A DNA stretch of 45,173 nt, from positions 1 to 45,173 of the forward strand of contig CALLPP010000019.1 in the NCBI GenBank assembly GCA_938015655.1. Direction: 5' to 3'. Source of the stretch: an uncultured Algisphaera sp. Its GTDB lineage: Bacteria > Planctomycetota > Phycisphaerae > Phycisphaerales > Phycisphaeraceae. Below are positions 1 to 8,302 of this stretch, piece after piece. Positions within the stretch are counted from its first letter, which is position 1. The number at the start of each line of letters is the position of its first letter. Under the pieces are notes generated by a model. It did no database searches. It saw only the letters and a program-made list of their open reading frames with translations, and was not told the origin of the DNA. A program made the translations under genes and the position numbers.

Positions 1-67
1 GCAGCCACATCGACGACCAAGTCGACTCCCCCCTTTTTCTGGGGCGTCGGGGGCGTCATCGCCGAGG

Positions 68-886
68 ATGACGACGACGCGGCCGAGGGCGATCCGGACT
101 GGTGGTTCTGGGGGGTGTCCCCGCCACAATGACGTGGCCGCCCTGGCCCGACGCGAAGCCGAACTGCTGTGCGGCCGGCAGGGCATCGACGGCGGCTGGG
201 CGTACTACGACCGCGGCTTCGCCAGCGCACGGCCCAGCGGGGTCCTGAGCACCAGCTTCAACACCGCCACCGCCCTGCTGGCCCTGCGGTCCGCCCACCG
301 GGCAGGCATCGACGTGCCGCGAGCCAACATCGTCGACGGCCTGGCCGCCCTGCGCCGCATGGCCCAGCCCGACGGCAGCTACGCCTACAGCTCATCGGTG
401 CTCTACCGCGGGGCCGAGTCGCAGCTGCGCATCCCCGGATCCATCGGCCGTACGCAGGCCGCCCACCTGGCCCGTCACATATGGGACCCCGCCTTCGACC
501 CCGCCCACCTGCTCACGGGCCTGCGCCAGTTTCGCCAACACCACCACTATTTACGTGCCGGGCAGGGCCGGCCCAAGCCCCACGAGTCCTGGTATGCCGT
601 CGCGGGCTACTACCACGCCTTTGGCCACCACCACGCCGCCGCGGTCGCCGCCGCGCTGCCCGACAGCCCCGAACGCCGCGGCCTAACGCACTGGCTGCAC
701 CGCGCCATCACCGACAGCCAAAACCCCGACGGAAGCTGGCTGGACTTTCCGCTGTACGGCTTCGGTCGCGCTTACGCCACCGCCTACATGCTCGACGGAC
801 TCAACACGCTCGAAGCGCTGGAGGCGTGGAATGCGCCGACGGCGCCCCGCCCCGCACGCCCAACGGCTACCGCCACAGATCGTTAA
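68..886 (+). CDS. Prenyltransferase/squalene-oxidase-repeat (QW-like) protein, probably 5'-partial
   Basis: Repeated QxxDGGW/QPDGSY/QNPDGSW motifs plus PHESWYAVAGY and DFPLY..AYATA. The frame is open to the window edge and recognisable similarity begins only near 125, so the true start is uncertain. Confidence 0.6.
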   Translation: MTTTRPRAIRTGGSGGCPRHNDVAALARREAELLCGRQGIDGGWAYYDRGFASARPSGVLSTSFNTATALLALRSAHRAGIDVPRANIVDGLAALRRMAQPDGSYAYSSSVLYRGAESQLRIPGSIGRTQAAHLARHIWDPAFDPAHLLTGLRQFRQHHHYLRAGQGRPKPHESWYAVAGYYHAFGHHHAAAVAAALPDSPERRGLTHWLHRAITDSQNPDGSWLDFPLYGFGRAYATAYMLDGLNTLEALEAWNAPTAPRPARPTATATDR

Positions 887-961
887 CGGCTGGTACCGGC
901 GGCCCAAAAACATGCAAGCCGTCCGGGCTCAGCACCTGCTTGGCGTCCCGGCGTAAAAAAC

Positions 962-1765
962 CTACCGCCCCATCAACGCCGCCAGCGCCGCTCCCTCGTC
1001 GCCCTGCCGCATCAGGTGTTCGCCCACCAGCACCCGGTGTACACCCGCTTGGGCAAGGCGTTCGATATCCTCCCGCGTGCGAATGCCTGACTCGCTGACC
1101 AAGATCGACTTGTCCGGCACCTGATCTAGCAGATCTAGGGTGTGCTGCACGTCGGTGGTCATCTCGCGCAGGTTGCGGTTGTTGATGCCCAGCAGCTGGT
1201 AGCCCGCATGCGGAAAGCCCACGTGGCTGCGCACCTGGATCAGGCTCTCGTAGTCGTGGACCTCCACCAGCGTGGTCATCTTCAGCTCGGTCGCCAGAAT
1301 CAGCAGGTCCAGCATCGGCGCCTCGCCCAGGCACTCGGCGATCAACAAAATCGCGTCGGCCCCCGCCGCCCGGGCCTCGACCACCTGATACGGGTCCACG
1401 ATGAAGTCTTTGCGGAGCACCGGCAGCGGCACCGCACGCTTGATCCGATCGATGTAAGCCAGCGAGCCCTGGAAGTACCGCTCGTCGGTCAGGCAACTGA
1501 GCGCCGCCGCGCCGTTCGCGTGGTAGTTTTTGGCGATCGCCACCGGGTCGAAGTCTTCGCGAATGACCCCGGCCGAGGGGCTGGCCTTCTTCACCTCCGC
1601 GATCACCCGCAGCTCCCCGGCGGGGCGGGTCACCGCCGCGAAAAAATTGCGGGGCCGCGGCTGCTCGGCCGCCCGCTCCCGCAGCACCTCCACCGGCACC
1701 GCCCGCTTGGCCGCGGCCACCTCCGCCCGCTTGGTCTTCACGATTTCGGCCAACACGTCACTCAT
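962..1765 (-). CDS. trpC: Indole-3-glycerol phosphate synthase
   Basis: IAEVKKASPSAG, SCLTDERYFQGS, LRKDFIVDPYQV, GINNRNL and VSESGI motifs. Confidence 0.96.
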   Translation of the reverse strand: MSDVLAEIVKTKRAEVAAAKRAVPVEVLRERAAEQPRPRNFFAAVTRPAGELRVIAEVKKASPSAGVIREDFDPVAIAKNYHANGAAALSCLTDERYFQGSLAYIDRIKRAVPLPVLRKDFIVDPYQVVEARAAGADAILLIAECLGEAPMLDLLILATELKMTTLVEVHDYESLIQVRSHVGFPHAGYQLLGINNRNLREMTTDVQHTLDLLDQVPDKSILVSESGIRTREDIERLAQAGVHRVLVGEHLMRQGDEGAALAALMGR

Positions 1766-1771
1766 GGCGAC

Positions 1772-1777
1772 AGAATA
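1772..1777 (-). promoter_or_regulatory. Putative -10 box (TATTCT) of a leaderless trpC transcript
   Basis: TATTCT lies 6 nt upstream of the ATG at 1765, with no Shine-Dalgarno sequence. Confidence 0.5.
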
Positions 1778-1898
1778 GCCCCTGATTCATCCCACCCCGC
1801 CTCCGGGGATCGAATATCCTTCCGACCGTCGGCCAACCCCGGAGGCTGCCCGCCATGGCCACTTCCCACTTCAAATCTTCGCACTTCAAACGTCCCCC

Positions 1899-2435
1899 AT
1901 GCCACTGATCGGCCTGCTCTCCGACTCCCACGGCCGCGCCCCCACCACCCAGCGCGGCGTTGACCTGCTGCTGGAAGCCGGCGCCGAGTTGCTGCTGCAC
2001 CTGGGCGACGTGGGCACGGTCGAGGTCATCGACGCCCTCTGCACCCCGCGGCCCGGATCAAACCAGCCCGCGCCCGCGCGCCTGGTCTTCGGCAACACCG
2101 ACTGGGACGTCGCCGCCCTGAGTTCTTACGCCGAAGACCTGGGCATCGGCGTGGACCACCCCGTGGGCGTGGTGGACCTGACCGGCCGCGGCCCGGGCGA
2201 CCTGTCCGGGCAACTGGTGTTCTGCCACGGCCACGAAGAAGGCCCCATGGCCGGAGCCGTGGACGACGACGCCCGCTACCTCTGCCACGGCCATACCCAC
2301 ACCTGCATCGACCAGCCCCAGGGCCGCACCCGGGTCATCAACCCCGGGGCCCTGTTCCGGGCCGACACCTACACCGTCGCCCTACTAAACACCGATAACG
2401 ACCAGCTCACCCGCATCACCGTGCCGCCGGTCTGA
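1899..2435 (+). CDS. YfcE-like metallophosphoesterase
   Basis: SDSHG, HLGD, GNTD, HGH, GHTH and INPGA calcineurin-like motifs. Confidence 0.88.
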   Translation: MPLIGLLSDSHGRAPTTQRGVDLLLEAGAELLLHLGDVGTVEVIDALCTPRPGSNQPAPARLVFGNTDWDVAALSSYAEDLGIGVDHPVGVVDLTGRGPGDLSGQLVFCHGHEEGPMAGAVDDDARYLCHGHTHTCIDQPQGRTRVINPGALFRADTYTVALLNTDNDQLTRITVPPV

Positions 2436-2508
2436 CTCCGCCGGTCCTATGATGGTGCAGACCGCTCTGCCTCCCGGCCCCCTAGCCGGACCGTCAAAGG
2501 ACCGCCGC

Positions 2509-4560
2509 ATGACCGCACTCGATTCTGCCGACCTGCCCGCCCCCCACGACCACGCCCACAACGCGGAGCCCAAGCCCCCCGCCGCGGCCGAGCCCGGGGT
2601 CGACCTCAAGATCATCGCCGTGCTCTTCGGCTGCACCGTGCTGATCTGCGCCGTGATCGCCCGCTTCCTTTTTCCCAGCGGCGACTACTCGGACCTGCTG
2701 GCCATGCTCGCCGCCCTGCTGCTGGGCGGACCCATCGTCTACGGCGCGGGCAAGGGGCTGATCACCGGCCGCTGCAGCCACGACCACGGCGACCACGACC
2801 ACTCCCACGACCACGCCGAGCACAGCGACTCGCACATGGAAGAGCTGGTGGCCCTGGCCATCATCGCCAGTTTCGTCAGCGCCGAGTACCTGGAGTGCGC
2901 CGCGGTCGCCTTCTTCATGCTCATCGCCTCGCTCATCGAGCACCGCACCGCCGTGGGCGCACTCAAAAGCATCGAAAGCCTCATCCGCCTCACACCCACC
3001 AACGCCGTGAAGCTGGCCGATGACGGCAGCGAGACCGAAGTGAAAGCCGCCACCCTGGTGCCCGGCGACGTGGTGCTGGTGCTGCCGGGCGACAACATCC
3101 CCGGCGACGGGGTGATCCGCAGCGGCGTATCCACCGTGAACGAAGCCAACATCACCGGCGAATCGCTGCCGGTCGAAAAAGCCGACGGCGCCGAGGTCTA
3201 CGGCGGCACCATCAACGAGACCGGCCGCCTGGAAATTGAGATCACCCGCGCCGGCGAAGACAGCACCCTGGGCAAAGTCCAGAGCCTGATCTTGCAGGCC
3301 GCCCAGACCCGCCCCGCCGCGGTGCGCGAGCTGGGCAAATACGCCGCCTACTACACCCCGGTGGTCGTCATGATCGCCGCCATGATCTACTTCTTCACCG
3401 GCGAGCTGCAGCACAGCATCAGCCTGCTGCTGGTCGCCTGCCCCTGCGCCATGATCCTGGCCGCGCCCACCGCCGTGGTCGCCGCGCTGTCGGCCGCCGC
3501 CCGCCTGGGCGTCTACGTCAAAAGCGTCGCCGAGCTTGAAGTCGTACGGCGTGTCACCGCCTTTGTGTTCGACAAAACCGGCACCATCACCACCGGCAAC
3601 CTGGAAGTCAGTCGCCTGAAGCCTGCCGACGGCGTCGACGGCGCCGACCTCTTGCGGATGGCCGCCGCGGTCGAGCAGAACTCGCGCCACCCCGTGGCCC
3701 GGGCCGTCGGGGCCATCGCCCGCAAGGCCCAGGTCACCCCGCCCGCGGCCGACGACTTCGCCGAGGTCGCGGGCCGCGGGGTCAGCGGCACCGTGGAAGG
3801 CCGCCGCGTGCTGGTGGGCCGGCAAAACTGGCTCGAAGAACAAGGCATCGACCTGGCCGGCGCCGACCTGGCCGACTCCGAAGGCATGAGCCTGCTGTTC
3901 GTCGCCGTCGACGGCCGCTTCCACGGCTGGCTGGGCCTGGCCGACAAGCCCCGCAAAGAAGCCGCCGCCGCCATCCACGCCCTAGGCGAGCTGGGCGTGA
4001 AGCGCCGCGTCATGATCACCGGCGACCGCCAGAGCCCCGCCAACCGCGTGGCCGCCGAGGTGGGCCTCACCGACTTCACCGCCGAGGCCCTGCCCGGCGA
4101 CAAGCTCACCCTGGTCGAAGACCTCAAGAAAGCCGGCCACACCGTCGCGGTCATCGGCGACGGCGTGAACGACGGCCCCGCCCTCGCCGCCGGGCACGTG
4201 TCCATCGCCATGGGCGCCGCGGGCAGCGACGTCGCGGTCGACGCCGCCCGCATCGCGCTGATGAACAACAACCTCGACCGGCTGCCGTTTCTCATCACCC
4301 TCAGCCGCCAGACGGTCAGCGTCATCCGCCAGAACCTCATCGGCACGCTGGTCTACATCCTGCTCATGCTCGCCCTGCTCGCCGCGGGCGTGCTCACCCC
4401 CATGTGGGCCGCCATCGGCCACGGCATCAGCTCGATCATCGTCATCTTCAACAGCGCCCGCCTGGTGCGCGTGGGCGAAGAGCTCGAAGTCCACGCCCAC
4501 GGCGCCGACCACGCCGAAGAGCGCCGCCCGGTGGTCACCACGCGCGTGGCCTCGGCCTAA
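2509..4560 (+). CDS. Heavy-metal translocating P1B-type ATPase (Zn/Cd/Co-like)
   Basis: TGES, CPC in the membrane, DKTGT phosphorylation site, HP and GDGVND motifs, His-rich segments. AAAGGA RBS before ATG 2509. Confidence 0.93.
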   Translation: MTALDSADLPAPHDHAHNAEPKPPAAAEPGVDLKIIAVLFGCTVLICAVIARFLFPSGDYSDLLAMLAALLLGGPIVYGAGKGLITGRCSHDHGDHDHSHDHAEHSDSHMEELVALAIIASFVSAEYLECAAVAFFMLIASLIEHRTAVGALKSIESLIRLTPTNAVKLADDGSETEVKAATLVPGDVVLVLPGDNIPGDGVIRSGVSTVNEANITGESLPVEKADGAEVYGGTINETGRLEIEITRAGEDSTLGKVQSLILQAAQTRPAAVRELGKYAAYYTPVVVMIAAMIYFFTGELQHSISLLLVACPCAMILAAPTAVVAALSAAARLGVYVKSVAELEVVRRVTAFVFDKTGTITTGNLEVSRLKPADGVDGADLLRMAAAVEQNSRHPVARAVGAIARKAQVTPPAADDFAEVAGRGVSGTVEGRRVLVGRQNWLEEQGIDLAGADLADSEGMSLLFVAVDGRFHGWLGLADKPRKEAAAAIHALGELGVKRRVMITGDRQSPANRVAAEVGLTDFTAEALPGDKLTLVEDLKKAGHTVAVIGDGVNDGPALAAGHVSIAMGAAGSDVAVDAARIALMNNNLDRLPFLITLSRQTVSVIRQNLIGTLVYILLMLALLAAGVLTPMWAAIGHGISSIIVIFNSARLVRVGEELEVHAHGADHAEERRPVVTTRVASA

Positions 4561-4656
4561 GGGCCTGCCCCAGACCCCGCCGCCGAAGCAGTTCCGCATC
4601 TCAACACCGGAGTGAACCGCGTTTCTTCGGCCCCATCAGCCGATACCATGGGTGCC

Positions 4657-5966
4657 ATGCCCGAGGACTCGATCCCAGACATCTCCGGGTGTTCCGCCCC
4701 AAAGCCCTCACCCCCGACCAGACCGACCTCTACGTCGATCTCAACGTGGCCCGGGGAGGTGACGCGAACGTGGTCGATCGCCTGCACTTCGACCTCACCG
4801 TGGCCGAAGCCGCCAGCCACCGGGTGTTGGCCGGCCACAAAGGCAGCGGCAAAACCACCGAGCTGCTGCGCCTCAAGCAGAAACTCGAAAAAGACGGTCA
4901 GTTTGTGGTGCACTGCGAGGCAGACCACGACATCGACCGCAACGACGTGGACTTCCCCGAGCTGCTGCTGGCCATCGTGCGGCAGATGGCCGAGCAGCTA
5001 CGCGAACATGCCGACATCACGCTGCAGCCCGGCTACTTCCGGGACCGTCTGAGCCGCATCAAAAACCTGCTCACCAGCGAGATCGAGTTCGACAAAATGT
5101 CCCTCGACGTGGCGATCGGCAAAATTTGCACGTCACTCAAAAACAGCCCCGACACCCGCACCGCGGTCCGCCAAGCTCTGGAGCCCGACACCGGCAACCT
5201 GCTCCAAGCCGCCAACGACGTGATCGACGAGGCCGAAGAGCGCCTGCGCGTCAAAGGCTACAAGCGGCTCACCATGCTGGTCGACGACCTAGACAAGATG
5301 GTGGTGCGGCCCCACGACCGGGCCGACTGCCCCACCGATATCCACCTGTTTGTCCACCGTGCGGCGCAGCTCACCGGTTTCGGCTGCCACGTGGTGTACA
5401 CCCTGCCTCTAAGCATCGCCTACTCCCACCACGCCAACACCGTCGAGCGTCATTTCGGCGGCGTGCCGGTGCTGCCGATGCTCAAGATCACCCGGCCCCA
5501 AACCGGCGAGCCGCACGGTCCGGGCATGGACGCCTGCCGAGAGATCATCGAAAAACGCCTGCGTTCGGTCGGTTCCAAGTGGGACCGGCTGTTCGCCGAT
5601 GCCAAGGCCCGAGACGCCGCGATCGCCCTCGCCGGGGGCCAGCCCCGGGAACTGATGGGGATCGTCCGTGAGGCGCTGACCCATGGCCGCGCCCTGCCAC
5701 TGGGGATAAGCAAGATCCAAGACCTCCGCAAGCGGCGACAACGTGATTTTTCGATTCGTCTCAGTGAACGAGACTGGGAGGTGGTGGATTGGGTGACCCA
5801 GAACCCCTTTGACCGGCCGCGCAACGAAGATCAAGACGAGGTTTTCCGCGATCTTCTGCACACCCAGATGATCTTGCAGTACGTGAACGACCGGATCTGG
5901 TACGCCCCCGACCCGGCCGTTGCGGATGTGTTGCGCCAACGCCGCGAGCGGCTCGATGGATCCTGA
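4657..5966 (+). CDS. P-loop (AAA/STAND-like) ATPase with an apparent 1-nt frameshift near its 5' end
   Basis: Walker A GHKGSGKTT, Walker B MLVDDLDK and GGQPREL. ATG 4657 (MPEDSIPDI) is out of frame with the body (RVFRPKALTP); one extra base at about 4685 would join them. The alternative start is GTG 4689. Confidence 0.75.
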
Positions 5967-7296
5967 ACCCTACCGCGGTTTTTCTGGCCCTGAACCGCTG
6001 CCCGTGGCACTGGAGCAGGAGCTGGCCAACCTCGCCCGCATGATTGCTCTCAGCCGGGGCGAGGCCTCGTTCTCCTGCGCCGTCTACCGCCACCCTTCCG
6101 TGCGCAACCAGGTGCTGGAACGCCTCGCCCGCCAAAGTGCGGCCGGGCGGGTCATCGAACTACCGCCGCGCACCGACGACATCTACGGTTTCGTCCGTGA
6201 ACACCTCGCCGCATCTGAATCTCCCGCCGCAATCCACCTCGCCGGCCTCGACAGCCTGTTGCAGCCCGACCGTGATCGCCAGCGGGTGCTCCAGTCCCTC
6301 AACGCTTCACGCGAATTGTGGGAGGCCTTCGCGTGTCCGTGGATCCTCTGGACGCCCGAACACACCGAGCCGTTGCTGGCCCGCCACGCCCCGGATTTGT
6401 GGTCATACCGCAGCCACCGCTTCGACTTCTCCATGCCTCACCACACGGAAGCGCCTTCTTCCGGCGAGCGACCTTCGACCGGCACTCATCCCGCCCATAA
6501 CTTCATGCTGGCCGCGAACCTCACCGAAGACGCCAAGCAGCTCAGAATCGCCGAGCTGCAGCGCCGCCTGCTTGAGACCGCCTCGGACGCCCCTTCTAAA
6601 ACAACCGGCGGTCGACGCGTCGGGTGGTTGCGTGAAGCGGCACAGCTTTTGGTCCATAGCGGCCAGCCTGACCGGGCATTGAAGCACCTAAACGAAGCCC
6701 ACAAAAACACCAAAGGAAAAGGGGAAAAGGCGGCCACCCTCGGCGACATGGCGCGGATATACCGTTCACAGGGACGGGTAGACGAGGCGCTCGAAATGCA
6801 TCAAGAGCAAGTCAGCGCCTACGAGGCCCTGGGGGACACGCGTTCGCGGGCCGTCACCCTCGGCGACATCGCACGCATATACGTCGACAAGGGACGGGTA
6901 GACGAGGCACTCGAAATGCATCAGGAAAGACTCAGCGTCTTTGATGACCTGGGCGATCAAGCTGCAACCGCTCAGACGTTGTGGTCGCAGGGCCTGATCC
7001 ATCTGCAAGAAAACCGGTGGTCTAAAGCGCGTGCATTACTGGATCGCTCGTACCGCATCCTGACGCAAATCGGACGCCTAGACGGGATCTGTGCGGTGGG
7101 TGCGAGCCTCGGACCTTTGCTGTTTACCGCCGGTCAACCAGAGCAGGGACTCACCATCTTGGAACGCTCGCGCGACGGCTACCAGCAGCTGGGACAGGAG
7201 GCTGAGACCCGGCAGGTCGAGGCGTTGATTGAACAGATCCGGGCTCAGAATCCGCCGGCGGAGGGGCCGCCCCCGGCAAACGTGCCCGAAAGCTGA
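5956..7296 (+). CDS. Tetratricopeptide-repeat protein with an N-terminal alpha/beta domain (LNxxRE...APDLWSYRS)
   Basis: Overlaps the ATPase stop by 11 nt. The C-terminal half contains 40-aa TPR-like units (TLGDxARIY..GRVDEALEMHQE). Confidence 0.82.
   Translation: MDPEPYRGFSGPEPLPVALEQELANLARMIALSRGEASFSCAVYRHPSVRNQVLERLARQSAAGRVIELPPRTDDIYGFVREHLAASESPAAIHLAGLDSLLQPDRDRQRVLQSLNASRELWEAFACPWILWTPEHTEPLLARHAPDLWSYRSHRFDFSMPHHTEAPSSGERPSTGTHPAHNFMLAANLTEDAKQLRIAELQRRLLETASDAPSKTTGGRRVGWLREAAQLLVHSGQPDRALKHLNEAHKNTKGKGEKAATLGDMARIYRSQGRVDEALEMHQEQVSAYEALGDTRSRAVTLGDIARIYVDKGRVDEALEMHQERLSVFDDLGDQAATAQTLWSQGLIHLQENRWSKARALLDRSYRILTQIGRLDGICAVGASLGPLLFTAGQPEQGLTILERSRDGYQQLGQEAETRQVEALIEQIRAQNPPAEGPPPANVPES
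6735..6957 (+). repeat. 120-nt tandem duplication encoding two TPR units
   Basis: caccctcggcgacat...gggacgggtagacgaggc.ctcgaaatgcatca begins at both 6735 and 6855. Confidence 0.85.
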
Positions 7297-7398
7297 CGCC
7301 CGAATACCGTAGAAACCGGTCCGCCGCAGTGGACCACCAGTCGGTGACTGGCCGCGCCCCGCGATGGGTTGGCGCGGGTGCTCATTCAATCAAACCGC

Positions 7399-7426
7399 TT
7401 GACACCGCGGCCAAGCCTGTGATAAT
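7399..7426 (+). promoter_or_regulatory. Sigma70-type promoter of the fur/zur operon
   Basis: Perfect -35 TTGACA (7399-7404), 16-nt spacer, -10-like GATAAT (7421-7426). Confidence 0.7.
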
Positions 7427-7437
7427 GGGTTATCACA
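7418..7437. promoter_or_regulatory. Palindromic operator, probable Fur/Zur autoregulatory site
   Basis: TGTGATAA-tggg-TTATCACA is a perfect 8-4-8 inverted repeat. It is AT-rich in GC-rich DNA and overlaps the -10 box and the A of the start codon. Confidence 0.75.
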
Positions 7438-7805
7438 TGACCGTCACCCCCGCCCAGCAAACCGTCTTTGACGTGGTCAGCGCCGCCGAGGGCCCCCTCA
7501 GCGCCGCCGAGGTGCTTGCCGAGCTCAAAAACCACCCGCGGCCCCCGGGCATCGCCACGGTCTACCGGGCCCTCAACGCCGGCCTGGAGTCGGGCGTGCT
7601 GGCGGGCGTCACCCTGCCCGGCGACGACACCACCCGCTACGAGCCGGCCGACCGCGGCCACCACCACCACTTCGCCTGCACCCAATGCGAGCGGGTGGTC
7701 GATGTCGCCGGCTGCCCCGGACGCCTGTCCCCGCTGGTGCCCGACGGCTTCACCCTCACCGGCCACGACCTGACGCTTTACGGCCTCTGCGACGCCTGCG
7801 CGTGA
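7437..7805 (+). CDS. Fur-family metalloregulator, likely Zur
   Basis: GIATVYRAL helix-turn-helix, HHHHFACTQC and LYGLCDAC (two CxxC). ATG 7437 follows the promoter. The Zur assignment rests on the neighbouring ZIP transporter. Confidence 0.9.
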   Translation: MTVTPAQQTVFDVVSAAEGPLSAAEVLAELKNHPRPPGIATVYRALNAGLESGVLAGVTLPGDDTTRYEPADRGHHHHFACTQCERVVDVAGCPGRLSPLVPDGFTLTGHDLTLYGLCDACA

Positions 7806-8233
7806 TACCCCCTGCCCCCCGAGCCCCGTTTGGTCCACCCCGCTGGGGGATCGCGTGCGCGCTGGTCGCGCTCATGGCCTTCGCCACCGGCGGCGCCGGG
7901 CTCGCCCACCGGGTGTTGGCCCACGGCCACCCCGCGGGCCCGGCGGGGGTGTCGGCCGATGCCCACGCCCACGGGGCCACCGCCTGCACGTCATCGCACG
8001 CCCCGCTCCCGGCCGACCGCCCGGCCAACGCCCCGGCCGACCACGACCCGGCCCCGCACGGCTGCGACGTCTGCCAACTGCTTGCTTCTGGCGTCACGCC
8101 GCCCGCGGCCCCCGTCGCGGCCCCGGCGCTCTGGCCCCGGAATCTTCTGCCGCCCGCCGCCCGCGGCGCGGCGCCCCCCGCGGCCCGCGTGCCGCTGCCG
8201 CCCGCCCGCGGCCCCCCGTCCCTAAGCGCGTGA
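7802..8233 (+). CDS. DUF2946-like (CruR/CutF-type) His/Pro-rich protein with CxxC and C-terminal RGPP
   Basis: The GTG start overlaps the fur stop (GTGA). Signal-like WGIACALVALMAFATGGAGLAH, His-rich middle, HGCDVC, and a Pro-rich tail ending PPARGPPSLSA. Confidence 0.75.
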   Translation: MIPPAPRAPFGPPRWGIACALVALMAFATGGAGLAHRVLAHGHPAGPAGVSADAHAHGATACTSSHAPLPADRPANAPADHDPAPHGCDVCQLLASGVTPPAAPVAAPALWPRNLLPPAARGAAPPAARVPLPPARGPPSLSA

Positions 8234-8247
8234 CCCGGTTCGTTGCC

Positions 8248-8266
8248 GCGGGCGCACTGCGCCCGC
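8248..8266 (+). other. GC-rich hairpin between the RGPP ORF and the next RBS
   Basis: GCGGGCGC-ACT-GCGCCCGC, an 8-bp perfect stem with no U-tract. Confidence 0.5.
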
Positions 8267-8302
8267 CCAGACCCCTCATCGCTTTCCCGACGGAGCCACG
8301 CC

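Noticed and set aside
2494-3978. 494-aa minus-strand ORF
   Set aside because: Antisense shadow of the P1B ATPase caused by high-GC codon bias.
4404-4656. N-terminal extension of the 520-aa ATPase ORF in the ORF track
   Set aside because: Overlaps the P1B ATPase 3' end and is Arg/Pro-rich junk. The real start is more likely 4657 or 4689.
7329-7436. Longer start for the Fur-family gene
   Set aside because: It would run through the TTGACA promoter and the operator. ATG 7437 gives a normal-length Fur protein.
7418-7437. Reading the palindrome as a CRP or Rex site
   Set aside because: CRP needs TGTGA-N6-TCACA and Rex needs TTGTGAA-N4-TTCACAA. This site is TGTGA-N10-TCACA, directly on a Fur-family gene.
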